Virus record (IMG/VR): IMGVR_UViG_3300020151_001402
Coordinates: 1 to 40,136 of that record
DNA: 40,136 bases
Direction: 5' to 3' (one strand)
DNA from: a virus
Lineage: Duplodnaviria > Caudoviricetes
Shown one piece after another: positions 9,535-17,857 of this stretch. Both the position numbers and the translations under genes were made by a program. Within the stretch, counting starts at the first letter, position 1; each line of letters opens with the position of its first letter. The notes beneath the pieces are model-generated. The model was not told the origin of the DNA. It saw only the letters and a program-made list of their open reading frames with translations, and ran no database searches.

Positions 9535-10593
9535 CTATATTCTACTTTTAGATTCTTTAATTGATTCTGAAGAAACTTTAATAAACCTACACTCTTTTTT
9601 AAAAATTTCTATATTTTCAGATCCACAGTATGATAAAGCACTTTTTAAACTATCTGATATTGCCAACAACTGCTTCCTAACTGGACCTTTATCTGCAATA
9701 TAAGCAGAAACCCCTTCAATGTGGTGAATATCTGTATCTTCTAGCGTGTGATCAATCTGACTTAATTTTATGCTTTCGGAGGCTAATCCACGAAATAGAA
9801 TCTGTCCATTTTTTTGTTTTTCACATTCTGAATACCCTGCAAACATATTTCCCATCATTACGGCGCTGGCACCAGCAGCAAGTGATTTTACAATATCTCC
9901 AGTTTCTCTAATTCCTCCGTCTAAGACTATTCCATTAATGTTGTCATTTTGTACATTGTTGTATATATCTATAACAGATCCTAAAACTGGAACTCCAAAA
10001 CCAGTTACTACTCTAGTAGTACATGCTGCTCCAGCACCTATTCCAACCCTAACAGAGTCTGCTCCTGCATCCATCAAATTTTTATATGCTTCATAAGAAG
10101 AAACATTTCCAGACATAATGTGAATATTGTTTGGTATTTGTGATCTTAAAATTTTTATAGAATCAACTACCTTTTGCAAATGTGCAAAAGCCGTATCAAC
10201 TAGCAAAACTTTTATTCCATACGAAAGTATTTTGTTTACAAATATGGAATCTTCTGTTTCTTTAAGATTTAAAACAAAGCCAACTCTGTCTGATTTTTTA
10301 ATATATTCGGGTAATGCTTTAAATTGATCAAGTCTTTTTTGCTCATTCTGTTGCCTATGAATAAAAGCCATTCCCCCATGACTAATAATTTTTTCGATCA
10401 TTAAATTGCTATTAATAAATTCCATTGGGGCTGTCATAATAGGCATATCTAGGGTTATCCATGCTTCTGGATTATTTGGATTACCAAATTTAGTGCGTAT
10501 AGAAATATCTTCTCTTGTTTCAACAGATGAGTGTCTTGGAACAAGTAGAATATCATCAAAACATAATGGGGTAATTGCTAAATCTTCTTTCAC
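9535..10593 (-). CDS. IMP dehydrogenase / GMP reductase family protein (no CBS insert)
   Basis: FDDILLVPR, PIMTAPM, GNV, GADSVRVGIGAGAACTTR, DGGIR..GDIVKSLAAGASAVMMG. Confidence 0.85.
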   Translation of the reverse strand: MKEDLAITPLCFDDILLVPRHSSVETREDISIRTKFGNPNNPEAWITLDMPIMTAPMEFINSNLMIEKIISHGGMAFIHRQQNEQKRLDQFKALPEYIKKSDRVGFVLNLKETEDSIFVNKILSYGIKVLLVDTAFAHLQKVVDSIKILRSQIPNNIHIMSGNVSSYEAYKNLMDAGADSVRVGIGAGAACTTRVVTGFGVPVLGSVIDIYNNVQNDNINGIVLDGGIRETGDIVKSLAAGASAVMMGNMFAGYSECEKQKNGQILFRGLASESIKLSQIDHTLEDTDIHHIEGVSAYIADKGPVRKQLLAISDSLKSALSYCGSENIEIFKKECRFIKVSSESIKESKSRI

Positions 10594-10599
10594 AGTATT

Positions 10600-11280
10600 C
10601 TACCCTTCTATTATTTCTAAGGCTACTGCATTTTCAGTATAACCAATATAATTATACCTCAACGAGTTTGATAAAGCAAACTCTTGAAAGGCTTTGTATT
10701 CGTGGTTTCTCCAGTTTGGATAACCAAAATATTCATCAAATATAATTATTGATCCAGGCTTTATCAAATTAGATATAGCGTTTAGCACATAAGATGTTGG
10801 ATCATAAAGATCTGAATCCATATGAATTAAATCTATGCCCTTTTCTATTTTAACATCTTTAATAAAATTTGGTACTGTATTTTCATATAAACCATTATAA
10901 ATAATAACATTTTTATTTACTTCTGGCTGTATTCCATTTAAATTAAAAGCACCTTTTCTTGCATTAAACCAATTTTCTTCAAGTCCTAAAAAAGAGTCAA
11001 ACCCATACAAAGATGCGTTAGGTAGTTCATTTGCAAAAAAATTAATTGACTCTCCTTGCCAAACTCCAAACTCTGCCACTATGATATTGTTTTTATTTTT
11101 TATTAAATTACAACAATATTTTCTTAGATCTTCTCTTTTTAAAAACATTGATGCATTATTCATTTTTTCAATAGCATAGTTAGCAGAGTCTAGAGCAGCA
11201 TGTTCTAAGACTTTATAAATTACTCCAGGGAAATTGCCTATTCCAAATTGCCCTGCAGCGGTTGTTTCGTCTATTGACAT
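10600..11280 (-). CDS. TylF/MycF-like SAM-dependent O-methyltransferase
   Basis: EFGVWQGES, GFDSF.GL.E, HMDSDLY, IIFDEY. Confidence 0.8.
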   Translation of the reverse strand: MSIDETTAAGQFGIGNFPGVIYKVLEHAALDSANYAIEKMNNASMFLKREDLRKYCCNLIKNKNNIIVAEFGVWQGESINFFANELPNASLYGFDSFLGLEENWFNARKGAFNLNGIQPEVNKNVIIYNGLYENTVPNFIKDVKIEKGIDLIHMDSDLYDPTSYVLNAISNLIKPGSIIIFDEYFGYPNWRNHEYKAFQEFALSNSLRYNYIGYTENAVALEIIEG

Positions 11281-11293
11281 TTAACTATTTTGT

Positions 11294-11764
11294 TTAGTCT
11301 TGAAGTGATTTCCAGGGATTAGGCGGAAGTTTTAGACTAGACTCAAGGAACCAAGTCCACTCTTGATGATTTGCCAAAATCTCTGATAGAGATTGAACCA
11401 AAGCAAACTCTTTTGCAAGGATTGCCTCATCAATAACTGACTTTAACTGTTCAATCATTTTATTATTAATAGGAAGTAAGTGTATTGCCATTTCAACACC
11501 GCAATAAGTGTCTGGCTTGACATTGCCAAGTGTTTGGTTTTTAGAAAACTCCTCTAGAGTATATGGAGCCTCTCCGCCTAAGCGTCTTAGCCATGTAGAC
11601 ACACTAAGAGTATCTTTGTCTGACTTTGTATAGATATCTTCATATACAATTCTAGACTGTCTCATAAGCACAGACTCTGTATTTAGAAAAAACCCTTTTA
11701 CTAGGTTTGAATAAACTACAAGATTTGCCTGTAGCCCTTGCAGTGACTTAATTATTTCTTTCAT
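11294..11764 (-). CDS. Dps/ferritin-like protein with degenerate ferroxidase site
   Basis: 156 aa helical protein. 'YEDIY', 'LRRLGGEAPYTLEEF' and 'HQEWTWFLESSL' align with Dps, but the HW/H/D/E ligands appear substituted. Confidence 0.6.
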   Translation of the reverse strand: MKEIIKSLQGLQANLVVYSNLVKGFFLNTESVLMRQSRIVYEDIYTKSDKDTLSVSTWLRRLGGEAPYTLEEFSKNQTLGNVKPDTYCGVEMAIHLLPINNKMIEQLKSVIDEAILAKEFALVQSLSEILANHQEWTWFLESSLKLPPNPWKSLQD

Positions 11765-11785
11765 ATTTCCCCCATTTATTTTATA

Positions 11786-12355
11786 TTATATTACAAAAAG
11801 ATCTTCAAAAACAACATCTTCTGTTATTTCTAAAAATGTTTTTAACTTTGAAGTAATCTCTGGATCTGCAACATCAATCTGTAAGAAATTTTCTTTTCCT
11901 TCAAAAAAGTTAGAAATAGCAGAATCGTGAGAATTATATATATTGACTAGTTCCTCTTCTGTCAAATCTTCCATTTTTGTTTTGCCAGTTGCTTCATAAA
12001 TGTTGCAAAACAACTCTTCAAAGATGAGTGGTGATTCATGATCAAAATGACTTTGTGCATTCTTCATAGACTCTAGCCAAGAGTCTAGATCCTTTTTAAT
12101 ATAAACAAATTTAGTAGTTAGATAATTGCTATAGACGTGCTCATAACCAAAGCAATGTGGCAAATCTACAAGTGCATTATAATTAATATATTGGTCATCA
12201 ATATATTGATTAACGCCTTCTAGAGATTCTGGGTATTCGCCAACAGACAAGTTGTCGTAATCATAAAAATATGATGTAGTTATGTCGGCACTCTGTAAAA
12301 AGGTTGCAAAGCCTTTTCCTCCGCTTAAATTTAGACCCAATGATAATATGTTCAT
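11786..12355 (-). CDS. P-loop sulfotransferase-like protein (degenerate)
   Basis: 'ILSLGLNLSGG', 'ALVDLP', 'KFVYIKKDLDSWLES', 'YNSHDSAISNFF' follow the Sulfotransfer_4 layout. Leaderless start (TGATATAAT + 6 nt). Confidence 0.55.
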   Translation of the reverse strand: MNILSLGLNLSGGKGFATFLQSADITTSYFYDYDNLSVGEYPESLEGVNQYIDDQYINYNALVDLPHCFGYEHVYSNYLTTKFVYIKKDLDSWLESMKNAQSHFDHESPLIFEELFCNIYEATGKTKMEDLTEEELVNIYNSHDSAISNFFEGKENFLQIDVADPEITSKLKTFLEITEDVVFEDLFVI

Positions 12356-12451
12356 GTCTTTATTATATCACGCTTTTCTGCTTGATCAGAATCTTCTTTT
12401 CTTTCATTTCCAGGGCCTACATGGTCAGCGCAACCGCACATCCAGCACATA

Positions 12452-13453
12452 CTAGTCACCCCATATGGCTGCAGAGCATTTTCTACACATTGTAGAGTAT
12501 GACTCTTCCACCATATCGCTTCTTTCTTTGCTGTTCCAAATATCTTTTAATGATTTATTGTTTATATTTCCATATATAGTCTTAAAATCAAAATCAGCAC
12601 AGCAGATAAAAAGATCTCCATTTGGGTTGATATGTATCCATTCGTTTGTTCTACTTCTTGTTCCTATCCCGCCATTACAGCCAATTACCTTGCTTCCTTT
12701 AGGCTTTAAATATTTTTCAATTGCTGGAGCCTGATCAATAATCTTAAAATCACTTAGGTGCCCTGCTCTGTCATATAAATGATATGACTCATAAATATTT
12801 AATCCTGGAAAAATATTATTAAAGTTTTGAATATCTTTTGCTAGTGTGCCATTTTGATTGTCTAAATCTATTGCTGGTGCATTTTCAAGAAGGTCTAGCC
12901 ATCCTCCATTTTTTAATAAAGACTTCTCGTTTACACCATTTACCATCAATACCATGTTTCCACTTTTTTTAAGTTCTGGTAGATTTTCCATAGCATATAA
13001 AACATTGTTAACTACTTTATCAAACAGTTTTTCGTTCATTTTTACATACTCTGACCATCTTTTTGATTCAGATGCTGGTATGTTTAGTAATATGCCATCT
13101 ACAACATCTAGATATTTTGATATTATGTCAACCTTTTCTTTTTTAAACGCTACTCCGTTTGTTAATATAAAGGTTTTAAAATTATACTTTCTATATAGTT
13201 TGAGCATTTCTTCAAAATTTTTATAAAGCAATATTTCATTATAATTTGCAGAGTATATAGTTTTAATATCAGGATCTACAAAATCTCCCATGCCTTGTCT
13301 AAGTTGACTAAATACATTTTCTAATTCAGATAGTTCCATATCTCTGATTGCAGATTTTGGATTTCCTTCATATGAAACGGGACAGAACCAGCATCCAGCA
13401 TTACATAAGCCATTCACATCTATCTGTATTGCTTTAATTGTGTACTTATTCAC
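12452..13453 (-). CDS. radical SAM enzyme with SPASM/twitch domain
   Basis: CNAGCWFC (CxxxCxxC). C-terminal C...GDLFICC...GN......IW....CRKC. Confidence 0.9.
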   Translation of the reverse strand: MNKYTIKAIQIDVNGLCNAGCWFCPVSYEGNPKSAIRDMELSELENVFSQLRQGMGDFVDPDIKTIYSANYNEILLYKNFEEMLKLYRKYNFKTFILTNGVAFKKEKVDIISKYLDVVDGILLNIPASESKRWSEYVKMNEKLFDKVVNNVLYAMENLPELKKSGNMVLMVNGVNEKSLLKNGGWLDLLENAPAIDLDNQNGTLAKDIQNFNNIFPGLNIYESYHLYDRAGHLSDFKIIDQAPAIEKYLKPKGSKVIGCNGGIGTRSRTNEWIHINPNGDLFICCADFDFKTIYGNINNKSLKDIWNSKERSDMVEESYSTMCRKCSAAIWGD

Positions 13454-13468
13454 TGCTCCCCCTAAAAA

Positions 13469-14113
13469 TTATTTATATACTATTGCTTGGCCTGTTGGTA
13501 ATTCTAAAATATTATCTTTTCCAAAAAAATCTATCATTGCTTTTCTTGCTCCTATAGTATTATATGATCCATAATCATCACATATTAATACTCCACCACT
13601 TATTAACTTAGGCCAAAAATATTCTATTGATTCTTTAGTTGGTTCATAAAGATCAACATCAATATTGACGTAAGAATATTCTAAATCCTCGATCTCTTTA
13701 AAAACATCTGGAATCCAGCCTTTATGTAAATTAATATTTGAATACTTTGTTAATGACTTTTGTGCATACTCAAAAGGAATGTCTAGTTTTTTTGTTTTAA
13801 AGAAATCAGTATCAAACTCTCCTGGCTCTGAAACACCTTCCCAGGAGTCGATGCCGATAAAGTTTTTATCACAGAATTCTGCAACAAAATACATAGACAT
13901 GCCAGCAAATACACCACATTCTGCAAAATTACTATTTTTATGTGATTGTTGTTTTGCCAACTGTCTAAGAATATAAAGTCTTGACATAAAAGCACCTTGG
14001 ACTAAAGGAGTATCGTAATTCCTACCTAAAGCATCAACATGAATTTTAGAAAACTCTTCGTTAATATTTAAAAAGGACTGATCCTCTTCTTGCCTATTTG
14101 TGTACGTATCCAT
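13469..14113 (-). CDS. TylF/MycF-like SAM-dependent O-methyltransferase
   Basis: ECGVFAGMS, DSWEG, KGWIP, IDVDLYEPT, GGVLICDDY. Probable ATG at 14113, just after the upstream stop. Confidence 0.8.
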   Translation of the reverse strand: MDTYTNRQEEDQSFLNINEEFSKIHVDALGRNYDTPLVQGAFMSRLYILRQLAKQQSHKNSNFAECGVFAGMSMYFVAEFCDKNFIGIDSWEGVSEPGEFDTDFFKTKKLDIPFEYAQKSLTKYSNINLHKGWIPDVFKEIEDLEYSYVNIDVDLYEPTKESIEYFWPKLISGGVLICDDYGSYNTIGARKAMIDFFGKDNILELPTGQAIVYK

Positions 14114-14115
14114 TA

Positions 14116-15045
14116 TTAGGCAATTGTCAGATAATTTCCGACTATATACCACTTAAACGGAGTTGTTCTAATATCATAGACATTTACAGAATCAAGCAAC
14201 TCAATAGTTTCTACTACTGTATAAGTAATTTGTCCATTTTCAGGATCAACATTAACTACATAGTCTCCAACAATAACGTCTCCTGAATATTTAACTACAA
14301 TGTTGTCATTGTCTTTAACAAAGACTGGGTGTGTAGGAGCAAACATAGTTTCTGAACCATTAAGTTTAACAAGAGAATTTTCTCTTATTGTGTTTGACAA
14401 CACTTCGGTTTCAACAAATGTAACATTATCTTTAATTGTTGCATCAACAAATGTTACATAGTTTGTTAGATCAAGGGGATTAACTGTAACTAGTTTATCT
14501 CCAATCTTAATATCTTTTGCTGATACATAACCATTTGAAGTCAAAACTTGTGCATTTTCTGCAATACAACCCTTGCCCTTAAATGCTGGTGGGAAGAACG
14601 GGAAGTATGGGAATGCTGGTGGGAAGAACGGGAAGAACGGTGGGAAGAATGGACCGAACCCTGGGAAGAATGGGAAGTAAGGTGGGAAGAATGGGAAAAA
14701 TGGAGGAAAGAACGGTGGGAAGAACGGAGGAGCAACTGGGGTAACAGAGTTGGAAGCAGCAGAGTTACCTGATGTTAAGACACCATTGCTAACTCGAACG
14801 GTAAATGTATATGCAGTTCCATTAGTTAAGCCTGTTACTGAAATTGGTGATGTTGCACCAGTTCCTGTAAGGTTTCCAGGAGATGATGTAACTGTATAGG
14901 TATTAGTTCCTGTGCCTTTTCCTAAAGAGGCTGGTGCAGAAAAAGTAACAGATGCTGACGCATTGCCAGCCGTTGCAGTGCCAATAGTTGGAGTATCTGG
15001 TAGACGACCATCGCCTGATGTAACAATACCTTTAATGCTGCTCAT
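14116..15045 (-). CDS. FN3 domain + Pro/Phe repeat + C-terminal Hint domain protein (copy B)
   Basis: FN3 'VTGLTNGTAYTFTV'; 50-aa PPFF repeat; Hint block A 'CIAENAQVLT..G....DIKIGD', block B 'PTHPVF', block F 'VYDI'. Ends YLTIA, with no His-Asn. Confidence 0.85.
   Translation of the reverse strand: MSSIKGIVTSGDGRLPDTPTIGTATAGNASASVTFSAPASLGKGTGTNTYTVTSSPGNLTGTGATSPISVTGLTNGTAYTFTVRVSNGVLTSGNSAASNSVTPVAPPFFPPFFPPFFPFFPPYFPFFPGFGPFFPPFFPFFPPAFPYFPFFPPAFKGKGCIAENAQVLTSNGYVSAKDIKIGDKLVTVNPLDLTNYVTFVDATIKDNVTFVETEVLSNTIRENSLVKLNGSETMFAPTHPVFVKDNDNIVVKYSGDVIVGDYVVNVDPENGQITYTVVETIELLDSVNVYDIRTTPFKWYIVGNYLTIA
14581..14730 (-). repeat. coding repeat (PPFF/PFF/PYF)n, 50 aa
   Basis: PPFFPPFFPPFFPFFPPYFPFFPGFGPFFPPFFPFFPPAFPYFPFFPPAF, with mixed synonymous codons. 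Confidence 0.95.
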
Positions 15046-15075
15046 ATTTCACCTCTTGATTATTATACCATTAAT

Positions 15076-15990
15076 TTAAGCAATAGTTAGATAATTTCCA
15101 ACTATATACCATTTAAATGGGGTAGTTCTAATGTCATAGATATTGCCAGTATCCATTAATTGTATAAATTCTACCATAGTATATCTAACATTTCCGCTGT
15201 CAGTGTCAATGTCTACTAGATAGTCTCCTAGCGCAATATCTCCTGAATTCTTAATAGCAATGCCTTCATTATTTTTAATAAACATTGGATGGTTTAAAGA
15301 AAATAGGCTCTCTGTTTTATTAAATCTAATTAGGCTTTCTTGGCCTGAAGCAATAGTTATAATTTCAGTTTCAACAAACGACACAGTTTCATTTATTGTG
15401 GCATCGACAAATGTTACATAATTAGTTAGATCAGATGGACTAACTGTTAAAAGTTTATCTCCAACCTTAAGATCTTTTGCCACAACATAGCCATTTGAAG
15501 TCAAAACCTTAGCATCTTCATGTAGACATTTTACTGCTGGCTTAAAGTAAGGTGGGAAGAACGGGAAGTATGGGAAATAAGGAGGGAAGAATGGGAAAAA
15601 TGGAGGAAAGAATGGAAAGTAAGGAAAGTATGGAGGAAAGAATGGTGGAAAGAATGGGGGAACAACTGGAGTAATAGAATTAGATGCACTAGAAGCATCA
15701 GATACTGCAATTACAGTATTGCTGGCTGTTCTTGTTGATGCTGTTACTGTAAAAGTATATGCTGTGCCATTTGTAAGTCCTGTAACTGTAATTGGACTTG
15801 TGGTGCTTGTTCCAGTTTTAGCACCAGGATTAGAAGTTGCTGTATATAAATTATTATTTCCTGGTTTTCCTAGATATGTTGGAACACTAAAAGGAACAGA
15901 TGCCTGCTGATTACCCGCAACGGCAGTTCCAATAATTGGTGCTGATGGCTTACGTCCATCACTTGATGAAGTGACCCCCACTATTGGCAT
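15076..15990 (-). CDS. FN3 domain + Pro/Phe repeat + C-terminal Hint domain protein (copy A)
   Basis: Tandem paralogue: FN3, 39-aa PF repeat, 'CLHEDAKVLT', 'LNHPMF', 'IYDIRTTPFKWYIVGNYLTIA'. Confidence 0.85.
   Translation of the reverse strand: MPIVGVTSSSDGRKPSAPIIGTAVAGNQQASVPFSVPTYLGKPGNNNLYTATSNPGAKTGTSTTSPITVTGLTNGTAYTFTVTASTRTASNTVIAVSDASSASNSITPVVPPFFPPFFPPYFPYFPFFPPFFPFFPPYFPYFPFFPPYFKPAVKCLHEDAKVLTSNGYVVAKDLKVGDKLLTVSPSDLTNYVTFVDATINETVSFVETEIITIASGQESLIRFNKTESLFSLNHPMFIKNNEGIAIKNSGDIALGDYLVDIDTDSGNVRYTMVEFIQLMDTGNIYDIRTTPFKWYIVGNYLTIA
15544..15660 (-). repeat. coding repeat (PPFF/PYF)n, 39 aa
   Basis: PPFFPPFFPPYFPYFPFFPPFFPFFPPYFPYFPFFPPYF. Confidence 0.95.
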
Positions 15991-15991
15991 G

Positions 15992-16861
15992 TTACACCAA
16001 GTCTCCAGAAAGAACCCAAGAGTTAGTTCCTATTTTTAATAAAGTGGCCATTGATCCTGCTGCACGCAAATTACTTCCTGGAGTTACATATGAAGTAATT
16101 CCTACAGTAAAGGCAACTGAAACTCCTGTAGTTAGCGCTACCAAATGTATTTGTGCTCCTATTGGATAAGCAACAGAAGAATTAAGAGGAACCGTAAAAG
16201 CAAAAGCACCATTCATTTGTATTAGAGTATTTTGGTCATCAAGAACAAGTGTGTATGCTGCTGTTTTTGCAGTTGCATTAACAGTAAATGATGGAACGCT
16301 GACAGTTGTTGATCCATTACCAGTTTGCAAAACCTTGTTTGTTGTATCCCAAGAAAGTCTTCCATTGGCTGTTGAAGAAGATGTAGACAATGTTAGCGCT
16401 GGAGTGTTTACTGTTGGAGATGTTAATGTCAAGCCTGCAATTGTTGTAACTGTAGCACCAGAAGCAATTGAAGTAGATCCAATAGTTGGAGCAGAGTAAG
16501 AGTTGTCTGTTCCCCACTCAAGACCTGAGGCTGTTGCTGAGTTAGCCTTTAGGACTGTTCCATTTGCTCCAACAGGTAAAACTGCTAAAGTATCATTTGC
16601 TGATGCGCTAAGAAGGTCTCCCTTAGCAGCAAAGTCTGTTTTTAGTATTGCTGCAGACAAATCGACATTTCCAATTTGCTCTTGCAATGCATTGATTGTA
16701 TAGGCTATTGATGGGTTGATTAGATTATCTGGATCAGTTTCTGATGTATCAAAAGTGTATGAGCCATAATGATATGCTCGTAGTGCAGCCTGAATATCCG
16801 CTGGATCTGAAAGACCTGGGATTTTTGTTGGAACTAACGTTCCTATTGATTCTACTGCCAT
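15992..16861 (-). CDS. tail fibre-like virion protein
   Basis: 'AKGDLL.A...T...LPVGANGTVLKANSATASGL.W' and C-terminal 'YTLVLDD...YPIGAQI...WVLSGDL' fibre-type motifs. Confidence 0.65.
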   Translation of the reverse strand: MAVESIGTLVPTKIPGLSDPADIQAALRAYHYGSYTFDTSETDPDNLINPSIAYTINALQEQIGNVDLSAAILKTDFAAKGDLLSASANDTLAVLPVGANGTVLKANSATASGLEWGTDNSYSAPTIGSTSIASGATVTTIAGLTLTSPTVNTPALTLSTSSSTANGRLSWDTTNKVLQTGNGSTTVSVPSFTVNATAKTAAYTLVLDDQNTLIQMNGAFAFTVPLNSSVAYPIGAQIHLVALTTGVSVAFTVGITSYVTPGSNLRAAGSMATLLKIGTNSWVLSGDLV

Positions 16862-16893
16862 AGTTTCACCTCATCAAAATTATACCATAGTTA

Positions 16894-17475
16894 TTAGACT
16901 ATTGATATAAATAGATGTACCGTTACTGTTTGGTTTAACAATGACCAGTCTTCATAAGGTCCTGAATCTACGTTTGATCTAAATTCTACTGCAGAAAGGT
17001 TAATTACTAAATTTGTTCCTCCCCCAGCAAGAGCGGGGATAGTCATAGCAGATGCTAGCGGCTTGCTATATGCAATACTATACTGAACATTAAAGTTAGC
17101 AGAAGTTAAAGGAGTTCCAGTGACAGAAACTATGTTTGTTATTGGAATTGTAATTGATGCTGCACCAGAACTAAAGTTAACTGTATGAAGTTTTGAGTAT
17201 AAAACTGGGCTTACCTTTAATACTTGAACCCAAAGGTTTGCACCAGGCTCTGCTACATATTGATAAAGGTATCCATAGTCTAAACCTTGAGCAGCATTTA
17301 TATATAAATCGTTTAACTTTATTTCTTGTCCTATTTCGATACTGTTAGGATCTCCAAGGCCTACAAAAACCTTGCTACCTCGTTCTCCTGTAGGACCAAT
17401 ATCAACCAAGACCTCAATAATTTCTGGAGGACCTAAAACGGTTATGTCATCATTGCTAACTAACACATCAGGCAT
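16894..17475 (-). CDS. probable virion structural protein
   Basis: 193 aa with 'GPTGERGS..FVG.GDP', in the structural operon. Confidence 0.55.
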   Translation of the reverse strand: MPDVLVSNDDITVLGPPEIIEVLVDIGPTGERGSKVFVGLGDPNSIEIGQEIKLNDLYINAAQGLDYGYLYQYVAEPGANLWVQVLKVSPVLYSKLHTVNFSSGAASITIPITNIVSVTGTPLTSANFNVQYSIAYSKPLASAMTIPALAGGGTNLVINLSAVEFRSNVDSGPYEDWSLLNQTVTVHLFISIV

Positions 17476-17831
17476 TAAACAGCACCTGTAATATCATCCG
17501 TTACTGTGATTGTTCCAGTAAGCAGTGTTTGAATTTGTGTACCGTTGTCAATTTGAACGTCATAAACATATGAGCCAGCAGAAAGATCTCTTCCGCCTGC
17601 TGGAGTAATAGTACATGTGACAATGTTAGTTACATCGTTAACCACTGCTGTTATTCCATCAGCATCAGAATACTGAACACCTGCAGAACCTCTTACGTTA
17701 GCAATTGTAAAAATTGCATCATATCCTGAAAGATCAAAAGCAGACCCATCCGATGAATTTTTGGGACGGACTACAAATTGCCCTGTATCGCCACGGTAGT
17801 AACTAAAATTATAAGTGCTTGGAAAAGCCAT
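17475..17831 (-). CDS. virion protein, BppU-N-like
   Basis: 'YRGDT..F...YVYDVQI...TLLTGTITVTDDIT'; paralogue of 826-1242. Confidence 0.6.
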   Translation of the reverse strand: MAFPSTYNFSYYRGDTGQFVVRPKNSSDGSAFDLSGYDAIFTIANVRGSAGVQYSDADGITAVVNDVTNIVTCTITPAGGRDLSAGSYVYDVQIDNGTQIQTLLTGTITVTDDITGAV

Positions 17832-17857
17832 AAAAATCCTCCTGCTTTATTATACCA

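Noticed and set aside
14588-14730. Multiple GGG runs on the + strand suggesting a G-quadruplex
   Set aside because: Fully explained by Phe-Pro codons on the coding strand; no independent evidence.
14541-14772. W/E-rich ORF (14548-14772, +) and S/H-rich ORF (14541-14735, -)
   Set aside because: Alternative-frame readings of the Pro/Phe repeat.
14116-15530. Classical splicing inteins or homing elements
   Set aside because: No C-extein, no terminal Asn and no endonuclease domain.
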